This document shows positions 1-14,124 of a stretch of DNA of 64,000 bases, piece by piece. The notes under the pieces were generated by a model. That model did not search any database. It saw only the letters and a program-made list of their open reading frames with translations, and was not told the origin of the DNA. The DNA lies in assembly GCF_026571515.1 (NCBI RefSeq), contig NW_026856730.1:248001-312000 (forward strand), in the 5' to 3' direction. The stretch is from Ruditapes philippinarum. Taxonomy: Eukaryota. Within the stretch, counting starts at the first letter, position 1. Every line of letters begins with the position of its first letter. The position numbers and the translations under genes were made by a program.

Positions 1-1632
1 AAACTTTGTGGCAGACTTCAAAGACAACCTGTTAAAGTGTTCCAACATTTTTTGTCATCAATTGCATAAATTTTGTTCCTGCCTGCAGTGTGTTCATCAA
101 TATTTATATAGCAGTTTTTTGAAGGTTATTAATTGATTGAAAACCTCTGTCCCCGGCTGAATTTCAATGAAGTAATTGTCAATTCTGGAAATAAGTGACA
201 GACATCTATTTCATCTACTAATGGGACAATAGCCCATCACAGCCATGGTTTTTGTTAGCTAACCCTGACACATCGATGTTAAGGATCTAGTTCTGTCCTA
301 CATCCATCGTACGCCTAAGCCATTCATTATAAGTACATTATAATAGTTGTTCTGTTCTGTTCATGTAAGTTGATTATCTATCTTGATTGTCTGTGATCAA
401 TCCACAATTTGTTTATGTAAGTTGATTGTCTGTGATCCACGATATGTTCCATAATTTTTGATATGACCTGCTGGACTTTACTGATGCATGTTTAAGCAGT
501 GACCCTGAAATTGAAATCATAAATATAAGTTAGGTTTGTTTTATTTGTTTCTTTTTGCTTTGAGGTGAATTATTTACTCAGATGTAAGAAAACTTCAGGT
601 GATTTTGTATACATCATTTCAGGCACCATGTCAACATTGCTCTTGTATTATAAAAAAAAATGTACTAATTATTATGTTATCTGAGTGGCCTAATAGTGTT
701 TTAAATATTGCACGAATCCAGTATAGCTAGAATGTCACCATAGGTGTTGGTATGACTTAAAACCCCCCCCAAAAAAAATTGTATTATAAAACTAGTGACT
801 TTGCTCCTGACAAAGGAATATAAATTTATAGACATCTATGATTATCATGGATTTCGAACCTTTAATAATTTATGTAGTGAAGGTCAAATTAATCAGTCTT
901 GAATGGCTACTTCAGTTAACAATTCAAGTGCAGCATATCCATGTTACAGTATTATATTTCACTTTCAAATTTAATAAAAAGTTAATTTTGGAAGATTCCT
1001 ATGTAAGTACTTATTGCAAGGTTAAAAATACACAGCAAAATTTTAATTGAATAAGATTATTATGATTATAATTTCTTCAAACTTTTCATTAATTAAATTA
1101 TCTCAGCATGGTATCACAAATTGCATTTTTTCTTTGTGAAATGCATATCTTTTGATGATGCATTTTTCTTCTCATCAGAAATACTTTGAAAATGTGATTT
1201 TAATGAATTGAGAATTTTTTTCTCACTCTTTCCTGTTACTTAAGGTACTCTTTAGATGTACAAATTAACAAATATAATACTAGATCTGATTTCACAAAGC
1301 AATTTGTCTTACTGAAATCTCAGAAATTATAGAGAAAATTAAACAATTTGTAAACTTATTGTGTTGTTTATTAAAGTTTTTTAAATGAAATTTGCTGGAG
1401 GTATATTGTTAATACATTTTGTATTGTTCAGTTATGATAAATATTATGCTTAATCTTTATACAAGTTTTGTAAAATGGGGTTGAACCAATATATTTCTTG
1501 TATTAAATTGTAATTGAATGACACAGAATGTTTAGCAAAACTGAATACAACTTCATTAAAATTCTTGTAAGAAGTCAATTACTTTCATTCTTTGATGTAC
1601 TTTTTTGCTGCTTTTTAATTTGAAATTGACAG

Positions 1633-3250
1633 TACTTTGTCACTGGGATGCCTCGTCTGAGCCTGCATTTCATCAATGCACTCTGATATCAGATACCACT
1701 TTGTCATTGGGTTGCCATGTCTGAGTCTACAGGTCATCATTACCATCTGAAATCAGACATCACTTTGTCATTAGGTTGCCATGTCTGAGTTTGCAGGTCT
1801 TCATTACCATCTGATATCAGACACCACTTTGCACTTTGTCATTGGGTTGCAATGTCTGAGTTTGCAGGTCATCATAAGATTCATTACCATTTGATATCAG
1901 ACACCACTTTGTTGTTGGGTTGCCATGTCTAAGCCTGCTTCTCATCAATACCATCTGAGATTAGACGGGTCTGAGTTTGCAGGTCATCATTACCATCTGA
2001 TATCAGATACCACTTTGTCATTGGGTTGCCATGTCTGAGTCTACAGATCATCATTACCATCTGATATCAGACACCACTTTGTCATCGTGTTGCCATGTCT
2101 GAGTTTGCAGGTCATCATTACCATCTGATATAAGACACCACTTTGTCATCGTATTGCCATGTCTGAGTTTGCAGGTCATAATAACCATCTGAAATCAGAC
2201 ACCACTTTGTCATCGTGTTGCCATGTCTGAGTTTGGAGGTCATCATTACCATCTGATATCAGACACCACTTTGTTGTTGGGTTGCCATGTCTGAGTTTGC
2301 AGGTCATCATTACCATCTGATATCAGACACCATTTTGTCATTGGGTTGCCATGTCTGAGTTTGCAGGTCATCATTACCATCTGATATCAGACACCACTTT
2401 GTTGTTGGGTTGCCATGTCTGAGTTTGCAGGTCATCATTACCATCTGATTTCAGACACCACTTTAATGTCATCGTGTCGGCATGTCTGAGTTTGCAGGTC
2501 ATCATTACCATCTGATATCAGACACCACTTTGTTGTTGGGTTGCCATGTCTGAGTTTGCAGGTCATCATTACCATCTGATTTCAGACACCACTTTGTCAT
2601 CGTGTTGCCATGTCTGAGTCTGCAGGTCATCATTACCATCTGATATCAGACACCACTTTGTTGTTGGGTTGCCATGTCTGAGTTTGCAGGTCATCATTAC
2701 CATCTGATATCAGACACCACTTTGTCATCGTGTTGCCATGTCTGAGTCTGCAGGTCATCATTACCATCTGATATCAGATACCACTTTATCATTGGGTTGC
2801 CATGTCTGAGTTTGCAGGTCATCATTACCATCTGATATCAGACACCACTTTGTTGTTGGGTTGCCATGTCTGAGCCTGCTTTTCATCAATACCGTCTGAG
2901 ATTAGACAGGTTGCCATGTCTGAGTCTACAGGTCATCATAAGATTCATTACCATCTGATATCTGAGACACCACTTTGTTGTTGGGTTGCCACGTCTAAGC
3001 CTGCTTTTCATCAATACCGTCTGAGATTAGACGGGTCGCCATGTCTGAGTCTGCAGGTCATCAATGTTATCTGAGATCAGACACTACTTTGTCCTTGGGT
3101 TGCCACACCAAATGTCAGAGTGACTGGATTTTGTCCATACAATCTGAGATCTTTGTCGTTGGGTTGCCATGTCTGAGTCTGAAGTTTGTCCATACAATTG
3201 TGTGATCACTTACACCACTTTGTTGGTATGTTGCCACGTCTGAGTGACTA
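1633..3250. repeat. Minisatellite, 64-bp unit (CAGACACCACTTTGTCATTGGGTTGCCATGTCTGAGTTTGCAGGTCATCATTACCATCTGATAT), ~22-25 copies with degenerate edges
   Basis: Unit starts at 2324 and 2388 (period 64); each junction carries the palindrome TCTGATATCAGA. Confidence 0.97.
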
Positions 3251-4399
3251 GAGTTTATCCATGCAATCTTGGGTCAGACTGAGACTACCCTGTTTCAACT
3301 GAATTTAGTTTAACAAAAAATAAGCAAATACAAAGAGCAAATGTGAGGTCTGTAGAATATATCTGAGTAACAAAAAAAAAGAACAACAGGAAAAGGGCTT
3401 AATTTATAATATGATAATAATGATTTATCCCAATAATTGGCTGCAAGTTTTGTTTAGCAGAGGAAGTGTGACTTCCTATAATGGATGTAAGATGTGGTGT
3501 GCAGTTTGAAAATCAGGTGTTAATGATATACCTGCTGAAATCACTTTTCCTGTGTTTGAATAGGAAACAGCCAGGCTGTAAAGGATAGATCTTTCAGTTG
3601 GCTCACTCTAGCACAAAATCTATCACTCAGTTTTATGGCAAAAGAAGAAAGAAAACACCTCACAAAGAAAGGAAGCTGTGAAAGATCGATTTGATAGACA
3701 TGATTGGTGTCTTAATCACCTTGATAAACATATTTCTATTTTCTAAAAAATGTTTTCTTAGATCCAGAAATTTTCTAAGGTAATTAGTTAACACTGTGCA
3801 TGATTGTCTTTTATAAGCTATACAAAAATATTATTTTTATGGAGATAAAGCTTCAAACAGTTAACTGTTGTTAAACCAACAAATGATTGATCTTTAAACC
3901 TGAAAAGGATTGCCTACATTCACCATATTGTTACTGACTTTATCAGAATCATGAATGTTGGGTATCACACTAATATTGTTCATCAAGCTAGTAAGCTGAA
4001 GGCTGGGCTTGCTTAACCCAGGTGACTTCAGGGTAACCATTATTAACAGATTGGCAATGCGATATCATCAGTTGAAAACAGAAATGCTGTTAAAATTTGT
4101 TGTATTTTCAGCTTGTAGATTAAAATATCCCACTTGAGTCTGGGCAAATCGGTTGTTTTCGTTGGCTTATCTGTTGCCACAAATCAAAATGAAAGTCATC
4201 CGGTCTTCTATTGTACCCAAGATAATTTTAGTTTAATATGTATACAACTGATTTTACATAATGTTATATACATATATGAATTGCATACATAAGGAATTGC
4301 ATCTTCTATAATAGTTCATAATTTATTAAATTACCTGTAAACAGACTGTATTACTTTGAAATTTTTACTTACGGCATTAATACATTAAATACTTTACTT

Positions 4400-4712
4400 G
4401 TTACCCGACTTGTATAACAAAAGTTTTACATTACCTTATAATTACCATAACAAAAAATAATTTATTGTATTAAATTTTAATTAACAGAAGTTTATTTATT
4501 GCATTACCTTAGAGTTAACAAAAAAGTTTAAAATTACAAAATACCATAATTAAACAAAAGTTTATCTATTGGATTACAGATTATAAGAAAAGTTTATTTA
4601 TTGCATCACCTTATAAATAACAAAACTTCATTTTTTGCATTACCTTAAGACAAGTTATTTTTTGCATCATTTTATATATAACAAAATTTTATTTACTGCA
4701 TTACCAATAACA
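4400..4712. repeat. Degenerate AT-rich tandem repeat (~35-bp unit, AAAAGTTTATTTATTGCATTACCTTATAAATAAC-like)
   Basis: Recurrent aaaagttta...ttgcattacc motifs. Confidence 0.6.
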
Positions 4713-6374
4713 AACAAAAACAGAAACAAACAAACACACAACCGTTCAAAGTCAAAGCTTAACTCTTGTCATGTAATAATCTCTCAGGCATGGAGTTAAT
4801 GTATTTCTTGCTTTGATAATTACCACAACATAATGTTATATCAGAAGTGGCATTGACAATGACATTGATAAAAAGTTTATTGATACAGGACCATCGTATT
4901 AGCTACCAGTGTGTGGAATCAGATATCTATTTTGAATTGCTTTGAACTTTTGACACCTTGATTTAGATGCTCGTTATTGAATATAGACTTTAATTAAAAA
5001 GTGCTATTTGTGCTTGCGCAGGTATGAAATTAAAATTACCATACTGAATTTTGGTACAATTGATTTTATACATTTGTATAAATTTATTTTTCTTCTGATA
5101 AAAAGAGTTTGTGTCCCCTAATAAAAAGGAATTTCAATCATTTATGTGACTTTTCAACTTATTTAAACAGAACTTAAAACCTTTACTTATGATGCATATT
5201 AATCATAGTAAAATATGTTAATTATTTCTTTGAAAGTAGATAAAGGGGAAAATTGAATATTTGGCTATCACACAGTGTTATTTTTCAATGAAATATAACG
5301 GAACTTCTTTCAACTAAATAAAAAATGCAAATAAATGTATTAACTTCAATATAAAAGGTGTTTTTCAGAGAGAAGAAATGAAATCTATATTCATACACTC
5401 AATCAAATTAATTCATATTTTACAAATTGTAATAAAAATAATGGTTTTCTAAAAAAATTTATCATTTTAAAACCAAAAATTGACTCTGTAACAAATTATG
5501 ATTAAATTAAAAAAAATGTAGATAACTTGACTTTCATTACATTGATTTGTTTCATAATATTTATAGTTATCCAGGAAAGCTGATTAGGTGGATGGACCAC
5601 ATACAAACAACCAATACAGGAGTTAAAATTGGTGTTAAAACTAGAAAAATAACCAAACAAGCAAACTTAAAGAAATGAGATGATCTGTGTATTAATCATT
5701 ATAATTAAGCCATTATAAAATTTATTGCCAACTTTTTAAACGTTTTATTAAGCTATTTGCATGATCACAGATATACCGGTAGTATACCTTTAAGACATGA
5801 AATTTGTAACAAAGGCATTTCATTGTAATATATTTCAATGTTTTCTGACAGAATTATAAAAATTCCTAAACGTTCTGTTTCTTATTTGCCAAAGGGAAAC
5901 TTGTTTGGAATAAAAAAGCAGCATGGCAAACAGTTTACATATCTTGAGTATAATGACGTTGTGAGTTCAGAATTTTTTTTTATTCTGTGTTCTACAAGAA
6001 AAGACCTTGATCATGGAATTTGTTTGTATACATAAGTAAATGGCAAGCTAGTCTGGAGTTTGGCAAGAGGATAACAGTATGTTAACATCAACTTTCTGAT
6101 TGGCTATGTCATTGTTGCCATGTTTTCTGAAAGATTTATGTGTAGATTTTATGCATGCATCATCAGGGTAAAAACAGCAGGTGTATAACTGACTAATTAA
6201 ATGAGAAGTCTACGACCCTTTCACCTAGAAAATCCCATTGTTGCAATTTGTTTATAGGAGATATTAATCGGCAGTATTTCCATAAAGATTTATATACATA
6301 TTATCATTATATATATATATTTTGACTATTTTGTTACTTGGCAAGAATAGGCAACCTGTCTTGAAAGCGTATCA

Positions 6375-6902
6375 TCTAGCTACTAAACTGACTTACTTTT
6401 ACAGTACTAAAAGGGCAAAGGTTGGGAATAATAGTTATTATAATACAGAGGTTGCTGGTTCAACATCGGCTTTGGCAACATTTCTCTCTAACAATTGGTT
6501 TAAACATATTTATTTAAGCTCGATTGTGAAACAAGTTCTTGCAACTTATATTAATCACCTTCCAGTCCCCTTCCTGGAACCAACCAGTACTTGTGTCATA
6601 TGAAGAAACATGGTCCTGACCCAATTTAAGGGCTCGAACCCATGATCTCTAGGTTGAGAGGCAGACACCTTAACCACTTGGTCACCCCTTCCCTTTTACC
6701 ACTCTCTCTCTAACAATTAATCTGGGACATTAAGTTTAATGGTAATTTGCCAGCTCTCAACCAAGTCGGAAATTTATAGCTGGCTTACTTGCAGAAAAAA
6801 TTGTAATTACTGGTTAGTTATCATGAGGTGGATCTAGAGTAACTGTTGAGATATGTGATCATGAATGTATTAAAATTGGAATAAAAATCAAATAAACAAA
6901 AT
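6375..6902 (+). mobile_element. Old degenerate SINE, interrupted by a second SINE at 6497-6704
   Basis: Box-B-like GGTTCAACATC near 6457 and A-rich tail near 6885-6900; body segment ACTTGCAGAAAAAATTGTAATTACTGGTTAGTTATC matches the reverse copy at ~37380-37420. Confidence 0.45.
6497..6704 (-). mobile_element. tRNA-derived SINE with 14-bp target site duplication
   Basis: Minus strand reads box A TGACCAAGTGG and box B GGTTCGAGCCC, body AGTACTGGTTGGTTCCAGGAA, tail CACAATCGAGCTTAAATAAAT; flanked by TCTCTCTAACAATT at 6483-6496 and 6705-6718. Confidence 0.85.
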
Positions 6903-7434
6903 TACATGCCCATATTAGGTTTAATATTAATATGTACTTATATGTAATTAAATTATATTAAATAGGAGTACAATTATTCCCTCCAATCAGTGAACATGCA
7001 ACTTTTTAGTATCAAACATTACAGGTTATTGAATGCTTATGATATAGCTTCAAGGAACCCTTAATTATAATTTAGATATCAGCCCACCTCTGTAACAGTG
7101 GATTGAAATACCGTAAGCTGGCACCACAAAACCATAAAGTAATGATCATTATGAATGATAGAACTATACTCAAATCTTTGTTGTTGAAATCTATGTTAAC
7201 ACATGCCACAGAAACCTTTAGCCTAAGGACAAATCCTCTATATAATTTAATTATTCTATATTGTTATCATAATAACATTGTGTGTGTTTTTAGATTTAAT
7301 CTACTGTGTACAATGACCTGGGAAGAAACACATTACAACCTTTATACCTTTTTATGTCAGTTTGTTTTTATAATGAAAATATCTCCTGAAAAGTTTTTTT
7401 AATGAAAATAATTTCTGAAAACTTAATAATATCA

Positions 7435-7915
7435 TGCTTGAATTGGCAAACCTTTGTGACCAGTGTTAAGCAATGCTGGAACTGACAGTTAACAGATTTT
7501 GTTACCAGTGTTGAGCAATGCTGGAACTGACAGTTAACAGATTTTGTTACCAGTGTTGAGCAATACTGGAACTGACAGTTAACAGATTTTGTTACCAGTG
7601 TGGAGCAATGCTGGAACTGACAGTTAACAGATTTTGTTACCAGTGTTGAGCAATACTGGAACTGACAGTTAACAACCTTTGTTACCACTGTTGAGCAATG
7701 CTGGAACTGACAGTTAACAGCTTTTGTTACCAGTGTTCAGCAATGCTGGAATTGACAGTAATATCAGTTATTGTTACCAGTGTTTTGCCATGGTAGAACT
7801 GGCACTGCATTTAACAGCTTTAGAATAATTTGCCTGCAATGTTGTGCCAATGCTGGAAGGAACAGGTAAACAAACAGCCTTCGTTACCATTGTAATGCCA
7901 TGCTGGAACTGTCAG
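7435..7915. repeat. Minisatellite, 45-bp unit (TTTGTTACCAGTGTTGAGCAATGCTGGAACTGACAGTTAACAGAT), ~7 clean copies plus degenerate tail
   Basis: Direct inspection; gives the 15-aa periodic ORF 7368-7688. Confidence 0.95.
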
Positions 7916-9038
7916 TATTATTCCATAATGTCATTGAAGTCTGACCTGGCTGATTAATAACTTCAAATTTCCATTTTGAAATATTCCTAGAATTGACAAT
8001 AATCACTTCCTAGAAAAATGTATGTTTCAGAAATTAAGCATAATACTGGGGATTAAGAACTGATTAAATTCACAGTATATTTATTAAGGTTACAGGAACT
8101 TTGGCCAGAATATAGATTTGATGAAATAACTGAGATTGGAGGTTATGTTTACTCATTATTATAAGTCACTTTAAATTTTGAGAGACTTTTAATCATCTTA
8201 TTAACCATACATCATGATACAATAAAGATTATCACTTTATTCCATGACATTTAATAATCGGAAACACAAGACATGAAACATTATCAAGTTTGACATGACA
8301 GTAGGAGTGGAATTTCTTACCCTGTCCTTAATTCATATGCCCCTAAAGTAAAATAAAGTAGAAATAATGACACACTGATGAAGAGAATAACCATATGCAT
8401 GTAAAAAAACCTTTTGTATACAATATTGATCTGTATATACTGTGTCTCCACGGAATCATCAATCAAATATTTCCATTTGCTTTTGTCCCACAACTCACTA
8501 TTGGAAATGGCGAAATCTGACGTGGTAATTCCAAACTGTCTACTATACTCTACTAAGGTCAGACTGATGACTGGTAGATGTAGCAAATAATTTTCATCCG
8601 GTAACACTGGTTCTCTGGACTGGTTTTAATAAAACTGACCTTCTGTTTATGTATTTACAGACTTCTGTTATGTCCTCACTTCAATGGTGAGACGGGGTGG
8701 GGTTTGAAAAATATAGATTTGCCATCTGTACTGCTGTGGTTCATGCTGTCTGTCCATAAACTAAAAAAACAGCTAGTAGTCCGAATGCAGGGGGATCCAG
8801 AGACTGTCCTATGAACATATTTTTATTAAATTTTACCTTAACTTTGAGATATTTGTATTCCGTAAACTGACCTGATTGTTTAGTTGGACTTTTGGATTTG
8901 GTAGCAGAATGTGAAAACTGAGCAATCTACAGTATGGCACTTAAGCAATGAGTTAGTCTTTTTTGGCGATGCTGATTTTAGCTTGGGTATAGACTTACTA
9001 TTGTAGCTGCTGGCAATTAGGAAACGGGTACATTATGG

Positions 9039-10133
9039 TTTTTAGCTCGACTTTTCTATGAAAAGGGGAGCTATCCTACTCGCCCCGGCGTCGGCGTCGG
9101 CGTCACACCTTGGTTAAGTTTTTCTACCACCCCACTTTATTTCAGAAGTATTACAAGTATGGCTTTGAAACTTACCATACTTGTTCACCATCATAACCTC
9201 CATCTACAGACAAGAGTACATAACTCTTTCAAGGTTTTTGACAGAATTATGGCCCTTTTTTGACTTAGAAAGTGTATTGAGCTTGGTTAAGTTTTTTGTA
9301 CCACCTCACTTTATTTCAAAACCATTGGAGGTATTGCTTTGAAACTGACCATACTTGTTTACCATCACGACCTTCATCAACAGACAAGAGGACATAACTC
9401 TGTCAAGGTTTTTGACAGAATTATGCCCCTTTTTGACTTAGAAAATACATTGAATATGGGTAAAATCCACTTATTGCCTTAACCCTTTGAGATATTGCTT
9501 TGAAACTTTTAATGCTATTTCACATCATTACCCCCATCTGTACGCAAGAGAAGGTAACTCTGTCAAGGATTTGTTTTAAAAATTAAGGCCTTTTATCGAC
9601 TTAGAATCTTGGTTAAGTTTTTAGTACCAGTCCACTTTTTGACTGAACTGTTTGAGATATTAATTTGAAAGTTGGAATACTTGTTTACAATCATGATTCC
9701 CAAACATGTCCAGGAGAAGGTAATTCTGTCAAAGATTTTATTTGAATTATGGCCCTTAACTGTCAATGTTTTGTATTATAGGCAAGCACTAAAAAACTTA
9801 AAAAATCTAAAAAAAATTCATTCCTATCCACTTGTTCACTTTACCATAAATTATGTCATATAAACATTGCTGTAATATTCAAGGGTATCAAACAACTAGT
9901 TTTTTTTTCTTTCTTACCAGCCCTCTTTTGACTTAAACATTTCAAACTTTGCTGCAGTGTTCAAGGGTATCACACAATTCAGTAAAATAATTCTTCACTA
10001 AATATCTTAATGCTCATGGCCATTGTTCACTTTAAAAATACAGAGATTCTTGTATTGCCTTTTACTGCAAAAACTTTTTTTATTGGCAAGCAATAAAAAA
10101 GTCGAGCGCGCTGTCTTACGGACAGCTCTTGTT
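9039..10133 (+). mobile_element. Non-autonomous Helentron-type element (HINE/DINE-1/pearl-like), family A copy 1
   Basis: 5' subTIR GCTCGACTTTT within a TAGCTC...GAGCTA stem-loop, (CGGCGT)3 microsatellite, ~173-bp internal tandem units (starts 9110, 9283; degenerate to ~9770), 3' subTIR AAAAGTCGAGC, hairpin GCTGTC-TTACG-GACAGC, end TCTTGTT; T-rich junctions, no TSD. Confidence 0.9.
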
Positions 10134-10864
10134 TAGTATTTTTATAGTAACATATAGACTAGATGCCCCTCAAAAAAAAATTCAGAGCAAAATTTTGTTG
10201 ATAGGTTTATCAAATGATGATATTTGAACAAACTGACAGAAATATAAGATTTTAAAGTGAAATGGACAAAATTTGATGACAAATTTCCACTAAGTCTTGC
10301 GACTTAAATTATAATATAAGTAAAAATAAATTTGTAAACAAATGTCCTCTTTAGTAATGTCAATGAATCTTGCACTAAAAACCAAGAGGTCATTTATTGA
10401 AGTTGATACTTAATTATAGAAACACCCTGTAATATGACTAACAAGATCTGTGATTTTTTTTCCTTCCAAAGTAAATTAATCACCTTTTTTTTCTGGAAGA
10501 ATTCAGGGAATGGTTAGAAGATAAAAATGCAATATTAGTTGATCAATGGACTAAGCAGCCTGCGAACACTCAACAAGAATTGGTGACATTCAATTTGTAA
10601 TCCTTATTGCTCAAAAAAAAAAAAGATTTTCGCAGATAAAAGTGTTGTCGGCACAGTGATGAAAGTAATGAAAAATATTAGTTTTTTCATTAACTTTTGA
10701 ACGCTGCTTTATTTCCATGTGACGATGGATGATGTCTGATGAGATTGGAAAGAAAGCTTCTATCATCAGATTATAAAGACAAGAAGTCTGTTGTTGGCCA
10801 GCTTTGCTGTTTAATTAAAAGAAAAATACAATTATGTAGTCGTAGGTTTGACTGGAAGTTATAT

Positions 10865-11055
10865 GGTAGTGTTGGCTCTGGTCTTAAGGTTAACGTGTCA
10901 GACAAGTTATCTAATGATCGCTAGCAGCATGGGTTTAAACCCTGTTTCCTTGAGCAAGAAACTTTACACTCATTGCTCCGAGTACTGGCTGGTTTTAGGA
11001 ATGGATTCAAAAGTGTTCCAACACAATTGATGTAAATAAATTCTGTATAAACCAA
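10865..11055 (+). mobile_element. Degenerate tRNA-derived SINE (CCTTGAGCAAGAAACTTTACAC...AGTACTGG family)
   Basis: Box-B-like GGTTTAAACCC; body and tail align with reverse copies at 36140-36280 and 24005-24182. Confidence 0.7.
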
Positions 11056-11585
11056 AAATATCAATTCTTATGCTGCTTCTTTTTCCTTTAACTAGCCGAA
11101 TTTGTGAAATGGAATCGCCCCGCTTTGAATTTAGAACAGTCCATTGGAAGTTTTTTTTTGCGTCTGTCCATCTGTCACAAAACTTGTTGCAAACAGTATG
11201 GTGCCTGGTCAGATGCAACAATTGTGCAGGCTGACTCTATACTTTTAACAAAGGCTACATTGCATTATGGTTGCCAGTTACCCATTCTTTCCTGTGAACT
11301 TCCAAGGAAAGCTGGGCTATCCAGCTGGCTTAATCTTGTTGTTAAGGCCTTAAAATCATAATATTATATTCACAGGTTTAAAGACTTAATGCATCACAGC
11401 ATGGGCATCTGAGGTTTTCCACTTCTAATAAATCTTAATAGTCACTATATTATATGAATACATTGTCAGTTTGTCATGTTAAATCTTACAGGGAAAAAGA
11501 AGTTTACTACATTGTGTAATGCATGACGAGAAACGAAAAACCTACAATTGTCAACTTAATTATTCACTTTACTTTGTTTTTACCA

Positions 11586-12687
11586 TTTTTAGCTCGACTT
11601 TTCTATGAAAAGGGGAGCTATCCTACTCGCCCCGGCGTCGGCGTCGGCGTCGGCGTCACACCTTGGTTAAGTTTTTCGTACCACCCCACTTTATTTCAGA
11701 AGTATTACAAGTATGGCTTTGAAACTTACCATACTTGTTCACCATCATAACCTCCATCTACAGACAAGAGTACATAACTCTGTCAAGGTTTTTGACAGAA
11801 TTATGGCCCTTTTTTGACTTAGAAAGTGTATTGAGCTTGGTTAAGTTTTTTTGTACCACCTCACTTTATTTCAAAACCATTGGAGGTATTGCTTTGAAAC
11901 TGACCATACTTGTTTACCATCACGACCTTCATCAACAGACAAGAGGACATAACTCTGTCAAGGTTTTTGACAGAATTATGCCCCTTTTTGACTTAGAAAA
12001 TACATTGAATATGGGTAAAATCCACTTATTGCCTTAACCCTTTGAGATATTGCTTTGAAACTTTTAATGCTATTTCACATCATTACCCCCATCTGTACGC
12101 AAGAGAAGGTAACTCTGTCAAGGATTTGTTTTAAAAATTAAGGCCTTTTATCGACTTAGAATCTTGGTTAAGTTTTTAGTACCAGTCCACTTTTTGACTG
12201 AACTGTTTGAGATATTAATTTGAAAGTTGGAATACTTGTTTACAATCATGATTCCCAAACATGTCCAGGAGAAGGTAATTCTGTCAAAGATTTTATTTGA
12301 ATTATGGCCCTTAACTGTCAATGTTTTGTATTATAGGCAAGCACTAAAAAACTTAAAAAATCTAAAAAAATTCATTCCTATCCACTTGTTCACTTTACCA
12401 TAAATTATGTCATATAAACATTGCTGTAATATTCAAGGGTATCAAACAGCTAGTTTTTTTTTCTTTCTTACCAGCCCTCTTTTGACTTAAACATTTCAAA
12501 CTTTGCTGCAGTGTTCAAGGGTATCACACAATTCAGTAAAATAATTCTTCACTAAATATCTTAATGCTCATGGCCATTGTTCACTTTAAAAATGCAGAGA
12601 TTCTTGTATTGCCTTTTACTGCAAAAACTTTTTTTATTGGCAAGCAATAAAAAAGTCGAGCGCGCTGTCTTACGGACAGCTCTTGTT
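11586..12687 (+). mobile_element. HINE-like family A copy 2, nearly identical to copy 1
   Basis: Same termini and body as 9039-10133; differs by one CGGCGT unit and a handful of substitutions or 1-bp indels. Confidence 0.9.
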
Positions 12688-14085
12688 TGTTACATTGCAT
12701 ATTTAAAATTCACTTACATTAAACAATGCAAATTTAGGTTAAAGCAGAGGATTGAGAAATTATCAATGAAATACCAGACTGATATACACCTTAAATAATG
12801 CGTGACAGAAGTAATAAAATATGTTAGGATGAAATTACAGCAAAGAAAGAGGAAGGCAAAACAAAACATGAGTAATCTACAGGGTGAATGAAGTATGAGT
12901 TATTTACATTTTCTTGAAAATTGGAAAAATCAAAGTGTTCAGAAGCTATTATCTTGATAATTCTTCTCACTTTCAAACTTGTGCTAAATTTGTAGCAATA
13001 AAGACTTTAATGAAACATGTTTAGAAGTACAAGGAAAGAGACTGAATCGGAGAGAGAGAATCTGGACAAGGAGGTTTTGTTAGTGATATTTAAAACTCCC
13101 AAATGGCACATAATGCCATGGCACATTATGCCAAGGTGGTTTAATACAGTTTGCAATATTCCATCCCTATCTCATGTGGCTATCTTTGACAATCTCACTG
13201 AATTAAAGGAAATGGAAGAGAATTAGGTTTGTTAAATGCAACAGTTACTGAAATGTGAATTACTTGATCAATAGGATTAGCAGCTTGAAAATACTCTTAA
13301 CAATGTTTAATGGTTTCTCTCTGAAAGCTCATTCCCATTTTCACTTTCAAGCTTTATTTAATTAAAAATAGAAGGGAAAAAAACCAACTTTGCAAAGGAT
13401 GTTGCTTTTTTTGTGCATAAATGAGGCAAAAACAAGAAATAGAGAAGAAATTATATGCCCAGTTTCATTTAAAATTTAATGAAAAGTGTTACGTTATTAT
13501 GAATTTAACACATTATTATTGTCTGTGATAAATTGCACATTTTGAATTAATGATTTTTGACACGTCGTAATGGCATCAGATATGATGTATGAACTGAAAT
13601 CATGAAGTTTTAAAAGTTATTTGAATCCCAGTTGTTTCAAGTAACAATTAAATCTTGTTGTTTATTAAACCATATGTGACTATTAGGCCTATCTCATTGA
13701 TAATATCAGTGAGATGATTAAGGTGATATGTCTTATTGTCATACAAAAGCAATATAAAAGTATTTAAAAAAGAAAAAAAAATGCAAACAATACAAAGGTG
13801 TTGCTAAGTGAATTTTGTTTTATTGTTTGATATAACTTAACACAACTATTTTTGCTATTTAAAGGAAAAAATAATGGAAACCTTAAAGTACATCCAAAAT
13901 GGCAAAATTAAAAATTTTGCAAGCTCGGCATGATTGGACCTGTTTGAAGGAAAAGAGCAAACTACATATTAAATGAATGCTTTTTAGTTTTGACATAATA
14001 AAATATTCAAGTTACATAAATAGTTCTTGATTTTCATGTTGAAAATTTATATTTTTCTGTATTTTACAAAATGTTTGTCTGAATA

Positions 14086-14124
14086 TTTTAACTTATGTAA
14101 ATTATTTTCTATTTTCAGGTGAGT
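14086..14124 (+). other. Candidate recursive splice site (3' splice site fused to a consensus 5' splice site)
   Basis: TTTTCTATTTTCAG|GTGAGT at 14118/14119, TTTAAC branch-like motif near 14087-14092, no AG between 14024 and 14116. Confidence 0.35.

Noticed and set aside
10739-10924. ORF containing DYKD (FLAG-like)
   Set aside because: Four-residue coincidence; the ORF runs into a SINE and there is no vector sequence
11523-12037. ORFs within HINE A2 (also 27480-27668, 51728-52203, 36798-37076)
   Set aside because: Short chance frames in non-autonomous element repeats; no Rep/helicase motifs
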